Positions 8,817 to 17,278 of a stretch of 59,965 bases of DNA are shown here, one piece after another; the first letter of the stretch is position 1; each line of letters begins with the position of its first letter. The DNA comes from Planctomycetota bacterium (GTDB taxonomy: Bacteria; Planctomycetota; UBA8108; UBA1146): NCBI GenBank assembly GCA_036338595.1, contig JAYZBV010000053.1, positions 1-59,965 of the forward strand, read 5' to 3'. Position numbers and translations under genes: made by a program. Below the pieces are notes generated by a model. The model was not told the DNA's origin. It did no database searches and saw only the letters and a list, made by a program, of their open reading frames with translations.

Positions 8817-10000
8817 GCATACTCCTTCAACTTTTTCGACTGTCGCTTGCTGTAGGCAAGAAATTTCTGAATGAATGTCGCCGCCATCCCGATCGCAATC
8901 ACGATGCAGGAATAGAGGGGCCAGTGATCCGAGGGATTTCTGACCACAGAGAAGACACTGAACAATTCATCGCCAGGTGCTGCGTTCTGAGGCCCCCAGC
9001 TCGACTGGAAGAGGATCAGTCCCTGGTCTCTGAGGGGGTCGTTCATCTCGATTCGTACACGCCGATCCTCCTGGCCCGTTCGCTGCGTCACATCGCTTCG
9101 ATATTCCTTTGCCGTGGCGATTCCCGCGTGATCGACTTTCTCGAAATTATCGAGCCGGATCGAGAAGGGCATCGAATGACGAACCTTGCGAAGAGCCACT
9201 GCAAAAATCCTGTCTGCGACGGTGAAAGTCCAGGGGTAGTTCTGTCCGCCCCAGAGTAGCGCCTGTTGAGGTCGATCAGATGAGGAGTCTGCAGGAGTCA
9301 TTTCGATCACGAGACCGGGCCGGTTCTGCTCGTTTTCGGCCGCCCGGGGCTGTTCCAGCAGTCCCCAGCCTTCGATGGCGGGAGAGGATGGCTTCCAGTT
9401 GGGTCCGATCGGGAGCGCACTGCAATTGTCAAGTGCGCCGCTGATCTCGAGTTCGAAGGGCAGCCCCGGAACCGCATCGATTTTCACCCTTGCTGCTGAT
9501 TGCCAGCGGTCCTGTGCAATCCGGTGCTCTTCGACCTGAGACTGCCCGGTTTCGAAGACGGCCACTTCCCACTCATGATGACTGATGAATTCGGAGGAAA
9601 CTTGCGATTCCCATAGGCGCAGAAAGCCATCTTCCGAAGCGACCAGCTTGACCAGTCCAGCTGACATCATCACGGCGATACCGACATGGATGATGAAAAT
9701 GCCATAGTTCTTCTTGTTGACCTTCAGGCGCAGGATTCCACCGATCAGCAGATTGATGGTGAAGATGATCATGCACAGCAGACCTCCAGGAAGGGGGAGA
9801 GGGAACTGCATGAAGCTCAGGTCAAAGAAGTGAACCAGCCCCCACGACTCGAAGTACATCTTCTGCACCTGATAGAGTCCATGTTCTGCCTGTTCGAGAG
9901 TGCCCAGGAAGGTGAGAATCAGCAGGAATGTCATCATGACAGTTGCCAGTTTCTGAGAGCCCAGAAACTCGAGCGCTTGTTTCGCGTGAGTGCCCCTCAC
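8813..10000 (-). CDS. ResB/CcsB-like cytochrome c biogenesis protein
   Basis: N-terminal TMs (LTFLGTLEQ; IIHVG with conserved His), PFSIRLDNF, IEMNDPL, FQSSW; abuts ccsA. Confidence 0.85.
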   Translation of the reverse strand: MRGTHAKQALEFLGSQKLATVMMTFLLILTFLGTLEQAEHGLYQVQKMYFESWGLVHFFDLSFMQFPLPLPGGLLCMIIFTINLLIGGILRLKVNKKNYGIFIIHVGIAVMMSAGLVKLVASEDGFLRLWESQVSSEFISHHEWEVAVFETGQSQVEEHRIAQDRWQSAARVKIDAVPGLPFELEISGALDNCSALPIGPNWKPSSPAIEGWGLLEQPRAAENEQNRPGLVIEMTPADSSSDRPQQALLWGGQNYPWTFTVADRIFAVALRKVRHSMPFSIRLDNFEKVDHAGIATAKEYRSDVTQRTGQEDRRVRIEMNDPLRDQGLILFQSSWGPQNAAPGDELFSVFSVVRNPSDHWPLYSCIVIAIGMAATFIQKFLAYSKRQSKKLKEYA

Positions 10001-11148
10001 TGTGAAACCTCCAGCGAGGATACGAGTTTCATCATCGATTCACGTGCAGCAGTTACATCTGCGGTGGGGCCAACCATTTTCACGAAGACGGAGCGATCAC
10101 TCAGTTGTCGGATCAGACCGATCATTCCCCAGTCGCTCTCTGGGGGGCTGCCCATGCTGGAATAGGGACCGGTCCCTTCGATGATGATGGCCTCGCCGCC
10201 GAGCATCTGTGCTGTCGGGAGGGTAGAGAGTTGTTCGGGGCCGATCGGATCGAGACTCAACTCGGCAAGCCAGCGATTGGCGTTGGCGAGAGCGCCTCCG
10301 GCGTCTCCACCGAGAACCGTGATCCAGCAACTGGTTTCTTCATCGATCAGGAAGGTGACTTCACGCATCGGCCGTGGTCCATCGACAGTCCAGCCCTCCG
10401 GGGTGTCCCAACGAAGTGATGGAGGGGGCGGCTGCTGGGGCTGTGAATCGCGTTCGAGCCGAAGCGATGTGACGAAGCGCGCCAGGTTCTCCGCCTCGGA
10501 TTGCAGTAGTGTTCTGGGACCGATCGCCTTCACGAACAAGGTGCTATCGCCAATGGGAAGTACATGAACGGCCATCCTCGCATCCTCGACAACCTTCCCG
10601 GAGAACCCATCTGTGAAGGTACCATCGATCTCGAAACGAACTCCCTCGGCGCCAAGGATGGCAACTGGCGGCAATGCTTGCAGAGCATCATCCGAGATGG
10701 GGTTCTGACCCATTTGCTGGCACCAACGATCGATGTTTTGACGAAGACTCCCGCCACCGGGAATGACGGTGAGGAAGCACTCGCCATCTGGATGACCAGC
10801 GATCAGCACATTGACACGACGCATGGCGGTCGGCGGAGCATCCACCCATCCTTCAGGAAGATCGTAGGCGAGCGCTGGAGCCGATGCAGGCTCCGGTGTT
10901 GAGCCCCCTGAACGCTGACGGCCAAACCGTTGAGAATGCGTGGCTCCTGGAAGAAGCGGATGGACCGCCTCCTCGATCACCCTCACATCATCATATGCAT
11001 GATTCGCCTGAGAACTTCCCGTGCACGAACACAGCATGAAGGCCAGCAAGGAGAGCAGGACCATCTCATGGAACCGAGGCTGTCGCTCGATGGCCGAGGC
11101 CTCTGGCGACTTCGACCATCGAAATAGCTGGTTTCCGACTGATTCCAT
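9997..11148 (-). CDS. Hypothetical (lipo)protein with two tandem homologous domains, ccs-associated
   Basis: Repeated YDLPEGW..AMR / WDTPEGW..PMR, NIDRWCQQMG / NANRWLAELS and FVKAIGP / FVKMVGP; lipobox-like LCSC. Confidence 0.7.
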   Translation of the reverse strand: MESVGNQLFRWSKSPEASAIERQPRFHEMVLLSLLAFMLCSCTGSSQANHAYDDVRVIEEAVHPLLPGATHSQRFGRQRSGGSTPEPASAPALAYDLPEGWVDAPPTAMRRVNVLIAGHPDGECFLTVIPGGGSLRQNIDRWCQQMGQNPISDDALQALPPVAILGAEGVRFEIDGTFTDGFSGKVVEDARMAVHVLPIGDSTLFVKAIGPRTLLQSEAENLARFVTSLRLERDSQPQQPPPPSLRWDTPEGWTVDGPRPMREVTFLIDEETSCWITVLGGDAGGALANANRWLAELSLDPIGPEQLSTLPTAQMLGGEAIIIEGTGPYSSMGSPPESDWGMIGLIRQLSDRSVFVKMVGPTADVTAARESMMKLVSSLEVSQ

Positions 11149-11155
11149 TGAGGTT

Positions 11156-11485
11156 CTATCCGTTGATGGAGGACAACTTCTCTTCGATGGACGGTTTCGG
11201 ATGGGCACCGGACAATTTGTCAACAACCTCGCCATCCTTGAAGAACAGAAGCGTGGGTACGCCCTGGATGGCAAATTTGACTGCCAGCTGGGGAGCCTGA
11301 TCGATGTCAACCTTGCCCACCTTCACGCCCTTGTCGGCGAATTCATCTGCGAGCTGCTCTACCACAGGAGCGATCGTCTTGCAGGGTCCACACCAGGTGG
11401 CGTAGAAGTCCAGCATGGCCACTCCTCCGCTGGCGATTTCCGATTCGAAGTTGTTGTCATCAATTGTCAGCAAATTGCCCGCCAT
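11156..11485 (-). CDS. trxA: Thioredoxin
   Basis: DFYATWCGPCK, 109 aa. Confidence 0.95.
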   Translation of the reverse strand: MAGNLLTIDDNNFESEIASGGVAMLDFYATWCGPCKTIAPVVEQLADEFADKGVKVGKVDIDQAPQLAVKFAIQGVPTLLFFKDGEVVDKLSGAHPKPSIEEKLSSING

Positions 11486-11545
11486 GAATTCTCCTTCATC
11501 AATTTCGCATCGGAACGATGTTCCGACAAAAGTGCGGTAACCATT

Positions 11546-12016
11546 CTATTCGACTGTATTGCGATTCTCATCCGCTCTGGTCTCGAGATCCTCTTCTTCC
11601 AGGTGGCAGCCGGGGAGCGCAAATCGCTCGCCAGGTTCCCCATCTACCGGTCTCCAGGCCCGGACAGCATCGTCTCCTGCACGCCATGAGATCCAGGCGA
11701 TGTGTGAATCCACAGTGCCGAGGAATTCGATGGTGGCAGAGTCCAGATCAACCAGTTTGCCTCCGAGTGCCGCGAGTTCTTCCTTCAGTGATCCAAGTCG
11801 GGTTTCCAGTAGCCGAAGTTCATCTCGAAAAACTAACTGCTCGGAAGAATCTCCAGATCCAGATCCGCGACCTGATTTCTGGCCATTCTTGATCAATTGA
11901 TGCTTCTTCTCGACCAATTGCATCAGATCTGCAGCGATACGCTGCAACAACGGCAGCCGAGCCTCGATCTGCTCGAGTTTCATTTGCGGCGGACTGTCGG
12001 TGGAAAGGTCTGACAT
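11546..12016 (-). CDS. DUF2203-like protein
   Basis: ARLPLL..I, a coiled coil, then LGGKLVDLDSATIEF...WISWRAGD..V.AWR pattern. Confidence 0.65.
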   Translation of the reverse strand: MSDLSTDSPPQMKLEQIEARLPLLQRIAADLMQLVEKKHQLIKNGQKSGRGSGSGDSSEQLVFRDELRLLETRLGSLKEELAALGGKLVDLDSATIEFLGTVDSHIAWISWRAGDDAVRAWRPVDGEPGERFALPGCHLEEEDLETRADENRNTVE

Positions 12017-12262
12017 ATTGATACTTTCTCGCAGCCCCATTGCCATCGCTATCAGGCAGTGCCACCTACTCGATGAGCAGGATGTGCGACCGGGATCCTG
12101 ATCTACTTCCGTGCCCAGCTTCCAGCGTCCGAGCGATTGCCCTGGACTCATAGTAGTCAGCGCACTCTCAGGGTGCAACGAAGCGACCCTTTTTAGTGTT
12201 CCCGATCTCCTAGGTAATGTGGTAATTCCAGGGCAAAATCTCCTTGCATGGGGGGCGGCAGG

Positions 12263-13120
12263 ATGGACATGGCGGTGACGCTGGGACGATGGAGGGCGAG
12301 GTTCGTCGATGCGGGCGGACTATCCCTCGACGGGGGTGCCATGTTCGGGTCCGTTCCGAGGGTCGTCTGGGAGCGCTGCATTGAACCGGACGATCAACAC
12401 CGGATTCCGCTGGCGACTCGTTTACTGCTGCTGGAGGATTCCGAGTCTGAACGCATCGTCGTCATCGATGCGGGAGTGGGGGACAAGGAAGAGGCCTCAT
12501 TCCGCAAACGATTCGCCCTGAGCCTGCCTGAGGGATCCGATGAGCCGCCACTTTGCCGAGCCATCCGCAAGGCAGGAATCGACCCTTCCACGGTCACGGA
12601 CCTGATCCTGACACACCTCCACTTCGATCATGCAGGCGGCGCCACAGCGCTCGATGACTCCGGGGAGTCTCAACCCGTGTTTCCGGCAGCAACCCACTGG
12701 GTCCAGGCTGCCAACTGGGAGACCGGGTTGTCACCCAACAAGAGGGAACGAGCCTCATACCTGCGCTCCAACATCGAGCCGCTGGAGGCGACACCCCTGC
12801 AGAAACTCGATGGGGATGGCGAAATCCTCCCCGGAATCTCGGTCGAGAGAGTCGATGGACACACCATCGGCATGCAGACGGTTCGTATCGAAGGTGGAGG
12901 GCAGGTGATGCGATATCTGGCGGATCTGGCTCCTACTCGCCATCATCTCAGGGCCACCTGGACGATGGGCTATGACATCAGTCCCCTCACGGTTCTCGAG
13001 GAGAAGGAGAGGATGCTCGCTGCAGCCCTGGAAGAAGATGCCTTGCTGGTGCTGGAGCATGATCCCGTGACCGCCTGTACATCTGTCGAGCAGATCGACG
13101 GCAAGATCGTCGCAAAATAG
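12263..13120 (+). CDS. MBL-fold metallo-hydrolase (YtnP-like)
   Basis: LDGGAMFGSVP, THLHFDHAGG, GHTIG and EHDP motifs. Confidence 0.9.
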   Translation: MDMAVTLGRWRARFVDAGGLSLDGGAMFGSVPRVVWERCIEPDDQHRIPLATRLLLLEDSESERIVVIDAGVGDKEEASFRKRFALSLPEGSDEPPLCRAIRKAGIDPSTVTDLILTHLHFDHAGGATALDDSGESQPVFPAATHWVQAANWETGLSPNKRERASYLRSNIEPLEATPLQKLDGDGEILPGISVERVDGHTIGMQTVRIEGGGQVMRYLADLAPTRHHLRATWTMGYDISPLTVLEEKERMLAAALEEDALLVLEHDPVTACTSVEQIDGKIVAK

Positions 13121-13146
13121 CCTGAAGGATTGTCAGAGACACGGAA

Positions 13147-13182
13147 CAGAGCCCCAACCTCGATCAGAGCCCCAACCTCGAT
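13147..13182. repeat. 18-nt perfect tandem duplication at the fdhD 3' end
   Basis: CAGAGCCCCAACCTCGAT at 13147-13164 and 13165-13182. Confidence 0.9.
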
Positions 13183-14033
13183 GCCTCGCTGTAGCAGTTG
13201 ATGCCCGATTCTCCGGCAAAACCACACAGAATCATGCCAGCTTCTCGTGCTGTTTCCACTGCCAGGCTCGATGGCGCCCCGACTGCGATCAATGCGTCAA
13301 ATCCAGACACCGCCGCCTTCTGGACCAGTTCGAAACTGGCGCGTCCGCTGACAGCACATACCATTCCGGTAGCGGGCAATCGGCTCCGTGCGCTGAGTGC
13401 ACCGACCAGTTTGTCGAGAGCATTGTGCCGTCCGACATCCTCCCGAACCACGACCGCTTCTTTTCCGGGTGCCCACGCCCCGGCAGCATGGACACCTCCG
13501 GTGCTCTCGAACAAGCCCTGGGCAACACGCAACTTTGCCGGCAGCGATGCGAGCCAATCCGGGTCGTATTCCTGCGTTCCTGAGGATGCAGGAACTCGTG
13601 CGATGACATCCTGGATTCGAGTTCGCCCGCAGATTCCACAGGCACTGGTTCCGAAACCTGATTGGCTCAACGATTCCAGGTCAGGATTCGACCCATCCTT
13701 CAGGATGACCGTGACCACATTGAGTGGCTCTTCTGCACTTCCGTCGGTGCAGTGTGTCACTCCTGCTGGAGATTCGGTCGCAGCCAGCAAACCCTCGGCG
13801 ACCAGGAACCCGACAGCCAGATCGAAATCGTCTCCCGGGGTTCGCATCGTGGTGGTGACGAGTTCGTCGTGGGTGGAGCCGGCATCGTCCCAGCGAACCC
13901 TGATTTCAAGAGGCTCCTCGACCGCGATCTCGTCGAGACCTCTCGGCGAGCGACCGGGTCTGGTTCGGCGCACCGGAAGCCTCATCGATGGGCGATTTGG
14001 CGGTGCGTCAGAAGGAGGTTGTGGTTCGGTCAT
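13164..14033 (-). CDS. fdhD: Formate dehydrogenase accessory sulfurtransferase FdhD
   Basis: AVEEPLEI, TMRTPG, SACGICG, TGGVHAA, EDVGRHNALDK, SGRASFELVQK. Confidence 0.95.
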   Translation of the reverse strand: MTEPQPPSDAPPNRPSMRLPVRRTRPGRSPRGLDEIAVEEPLEIRVRWDDAGSTHDELVTTTMRTPGDDFDLAVGFLVAEGLLAATESPAGVTHCTDGSAEEPLNVVTVILKDGSNPDLESLSQSGFGTSACGICGRTRIQDVIARVPASSGTQEYDPDWLASLPAKLRVAQGLFESTGGVHAAGAWAPGKEAVVVREDVGRHNALDKLVGALSARSRLPATGMVCAVSGRASFELVQKAAVSGFDALIAVGAPSSLAVETAREAGMILCGFAGESGINCYSEASRLGL

Positions 14034-14104
14034 CCTTGTCGATCCCGTCGGTGTTAGCCGCTGCAGCGAACTTCCGGCAGGATAACTCTCAGGAGGTCGG
14101 TCTC

Positions 14105-15958
14105 CTACTGGACTCCGGGCATCAGCGGTTCACCTTCATCCCAGACCAATCGATCGATGCCGACCGCCTGCGGGAACAGATTGCGCAGGGTACTGGAATT
14201 GAGCAGGTCCGGGTCAAAGAGCCAGTTTCTTATCGGCGGCCTGTAGACTCCAGATTTCCCCCATCCCTCGGCGGCGACCCGGCTCTGGAACAGGTTGATG
14301 AAGGCACCATTGATATTGGCCTTCTTGTTGGACCACTTCTCGTGGAAGCGTGGCAAATTTTCCAGTCCTCCAGAGTAGTTTCCGCCGCCATCCGGGGTCC
14401 TCACATTTCCTGTGATCATCGCCATGTTGTAGGTCGTCTCTGTTGCGCTGTCGATGTCAGAGTAACTATCTCCAGGTTCACGGTCGTCGTTCCAGTTGTT
14501 AGAGAGAAGATTCACGGCATCGCTGATCACTGCGGAGGTTTTCTTGTTCGTGGTGTTGAAGTCACCCTGGACATAGATCGGGTCTTCACTGACAAATAGC
14601 AGATCGTCAGGGAGTTCAGATCCATTGGTGAGGCGAATTCCCTCGAGCCAGTTGTTTGCTGCACCTGGATCCCAGTTCGCAGGTTCGGGATCGGGTGAGC
14701 GATAGGCGTACACCTGGTGAATGTCGTTGGTAGGGTCGGCATCCGAATTGATGCTGGTGACATAGTTCTGGAACGCAGCGTCCGAGAGGTCGATTTCTGT
14801 GAGGGGGACATACGTCTCTTCGCGGGCATCGTACATGTCAGTGGTGCTTTCGCTGATGGCACCGGGCATCTGGAGGGTGACATCAACCTCGACACCGTTC
14901 TGGACGTGGTAGATGCTATCGTTTCGGATCACGAGATCAGCGCTGTTACGGTAATGTCCATTGTTGGCGATCGAGCCGATGTCAGGAGCGTTCTGAGTCA
15001 GGACACCATGGCTTCCAGTCTGTACAGTGCCACCCCATTGATTATCAGCGAAGTCGATCCACTCCTGCGGATCTGACCACGCAGCAAAGTCCTGATTATT
15101 GTCCAGGTTCTGAAAGTTACCATCGGAGTCCTGGATGCTCACCGTTCCGTAGGTGGTGCTGCCATTGTTCTTTCTCTCCCGGAAGATCTCTCCGGTGCAG
15201 CGGAAGTAATCGGAATCGATGGTCAGGGTTCCGCCGACTCCGACATAGATATCGCCGTTTGCGTGAACCTTGCCAGCAAAGGTCATGCTGGGGCCAGGAA
15301 GTAATTCCAGATCGTCGTCGAAGAATATGGCGAAATCAAACAGTGGATTCCGTTGCACCTCGATGGTTCTTCGAAGGTGGCTCATCGCAGTCCCGACCTC
15401 TATCCCCGAATCGGGCGTGGTACCTGGAAAGAGCTGAACCACCCGGGTGTAGAGGGTTTGTGTGGGACCTCCCGTGTCGGTGGAGTCATAGAGTACCTCT
15501 ATGGGGCGCCATCCTGTGGAGTCGATGACATCGGAGTAGACTACGGGTGTCAGGTCGACAGCGTTCCAGTCATATAGTGTTCCTCCGATCAGGACTGTTC
15601 CTGTTGCGATGGTCGACGCAGAAAACGGATCATCGAAATTTGCGGTTCGGACCAGGATGTCCTTTTGTGCAGCATCGAGGATCGCCTCGGCGATGGTTCT
15701 CGCTTTCAACCTCTCCAGCTGAAATCGAGAGTCCTTGCTCCTGGTCAATGTGCTGGCAACGGTCGCTGCAGAGATCATGCCGATGACGAGTGTCATGAAA
15801 AGGGTGACAAGCATTGCAGATCCCAGTTGGGAGCCACGCTCAACCTCATGCGAAGGAGGGGGGGTTGTCGTCTGAACTGGTCGGTTCACGGTAGGATGTC
15901 CGATCTGGTCGTTTCTGTTTTTGGAGATGAGTCTGTTCAAGGGTTGGATCCGCATCAC
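14105..15958 (-). CDS. PilX-like minor (pseudo)pilin with large beta-rich C-terminal domain
   Basis: GSAMLVTLFMTLVIG N-terminus; FAIFFDDDLELLPG, GKVHANGDIY, GGLENLPRFHEKW. Confidence 0.7.
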   Translation of the reverse strand: MMRIQPLNRLISKNRNDQIGHPTVNRPVQTTTPPPSHEVERGSQLGSAMLVTLFMTLVIGMISAATVASTLTRSKDSRFQLERLKARTIAEAILDAAQKDILVRTANFDDPFSASTIATGTVLIGGTLYDWNAVDLTPVVYSDVIDSTGWRPIEVLYDSTDTGGPTQTLYTRVVQLFPGTTPDSGIEVGTAMSHLRRTIEVQRNPLFDFAIFFDDDLELLPGPSMTFAGKVHANGDIYVGVGGTLTIDSDYFRCTGEIFRERKNNGSTTYGTVSIQDSDGNFQNLDNNQDFAAWSDPQEWIDFADNQWGGTVQTGSHGVLTQNAPDIGSIANNGHYRNSADLVIRNDSIYHVQNGVEVDVTLQMPGAISESTTDMYDAREETYVPLTEIDLSDAAFQNYVTSINSDADPTNDIHQVYAYRSPDPEPANWDPGAANNWLEGIRLTNGSELPDDLLFVSEDPIYVQGDFNTTNKKTSAVISDAVNLLSNNWNDDREPGDSYSDIDSATETTYNMAMITGNVRTPDGGGNYSGGLENLPRFHEKWSNKKANINGAFINLFQSRVAAEGWGKSGVYRPPIRNWLFDPDLLNSSTLRNLFPQAVGIDRLVWDEGEPLMPGVQ

Positions 15959-16644
15959 TGGGCGTCCTCCAGGTAGTTTCTTCGTTTGACCGAACTCCGG
16001 ATGGAGTACGGGATGGCGTCAGAATCTCGCTGTAGATGCATCTCGACGAGCACCGACTGACCCTGGCTGGTAAACGACAATCCAGGCAGTCTTGAGGTCC
16101 CTGCCTCATCCATCTCGAAGGTCCCGATCCGTGAAGCCATCGTCTTGGTTGTGGAGTTGCCGCTGGTGTCCGACAGAGTGCAGGTGATTTCTCCGAAGTG
16201 GTAATCCTCGTTGCCGGGATCGGTGGAGAGCCTCTCCCACGCCAGGGTGCAGGTGGCTACTGGCAGGACGAAGCCGCTTCCGTCGACGAAGTAATAGGCC
16301 CCCTCGGTGAGGTCGTATTCTCTTCGCCATGTTGCAGGGTCAACGCGATCCCAACTCTGGCTGGTGGCATTCCAGGAGTACCCGAGCACATCGAGCTGGA
16401 GAGACTCACCATCCGCAGCGATGACAGGTTGGGTCCATCCCTGTCTCAGCACCGATTCGATTCGAGCAAAGTTCCGGTGAGTATCGAGTTGTGCTGCAGA
16501 GTCCGCATCCGCTTCTCCGCCGAATTTGGTAAAGGACGCGGCGATTGCGAGGCTCAATCCGAGTACCACGAGGAACACCACCGTCGCGATGATGATCTCA
16601 AGCAGTGTGGAGCCTTCTTCATGCCTGGATGAATTTGGTGTCAT
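15955..16644 (-). CDS. Prepilin-type N-terminal cleavage/methylation protein
   Basis: EEG^STLLEIIIATVVFLVVL. Confidence 0.8.
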   Translation of the reverse strand: MTPNSSRHEEGSTLLEIIIATVVFLVVLGLSLAIAASFTKFGGEADADSAAQLDTHRNFARIESVLRQGWTQPVIAADGESLQLDVLGYSWNATSQSWDRVDPATWRREYDLTEGAYYFVDGSGFVLPVATCTLAWERLSTDPGNEDYHFGEITCTLSDTSGNSTTKTMASRIGTFEMDEAGTSRLPGLSFTSQGQSVLVEMHLQRDSDAIPYSIRSSVKRRNYLEDAQ

Positions 16645-16654
16645 GGAGTGGTTC

Positions 16655-17101
16655 CTAACGGGTGCGGACGACCCAGAATTGATGTTCAGTCGCGCCCACG
16701 TCCCGGCCCTCCCAGGTGACCGTCAACAAGATCTCCAGAGGATCCGCTTCGAGGTCAGATACCGTGACATCGAGAGTGGGAATCGATAGGTCAGCCATCT
16801 CGAGCAAGGTCGGGGATTCACCAAACACCTGCCGACCCTTCATGGGCCAGTTCGAGGCGAGCAAGTAACCGTCTTGATCATTGGTCAGATCTTCCAGAGT
16901 GCGGGAGTAGAGTTCTTCCAGCACTGCACGTGTATGCCCGGTGGCACGAGTCACCTCGCGGGTGTGGTGCTGTTCATCGAGAATCGGAAGCAGCAACAGT
17001 GATGCCGTGAGGCTCACCACGGCCAGCAGGGACATGGCAATCATCACCTCCAGCAGGGTGAAGCCCTCCTGGCGGCAGTTCGAATCGAGACAGGGTTTCA
17101 T
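16655..17101 (-). CDS. Prepilin-type N-terminal cleavage/methylation protein (PilV-like)
   Basis: QEG^FTLLEVMIAMSLLAVV; C-terminal ILLTVTW. Confidence 0.85.
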   Translation of the reverse strand: MKPCLDSNCRQEGFTLLEVMIAMSLLAVVSLTASLLLLPILDEQHHTREVTRATGHTRAVLEELYSRTLEDLTNDQDGYLLASNWPMKGRQVFGESPTLLEMADLSIPTLDVTVSDLEADPLEILLTVTWEGRDVGATEHQFWVVRTR

Positions 17102-17278
17102 CGCAGATCCCGTTCCAAGTGGGGAAGACTCCGGCTGCATCGGGTGTGATGTGGTGATACCGGGGTTCCGAGAAGAGTACGACGGGATCCCCTTCAGGCG
17201 CAAATCGGCGTCGCGGCAGCCTGGATCCGGGCTGTCCGGGGAAGGAGCGAGTACCGGGCGAATTGTCCGGATGGGCGG

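Noticed and set aside
13164..13166. Sec read-through at the fdhD stop (TGA aligned with TGT in the duplicate)
   Set aside because: FdhD is already complete, no clear SECIS hairpin follows, and an extension would run into the convergent gene.
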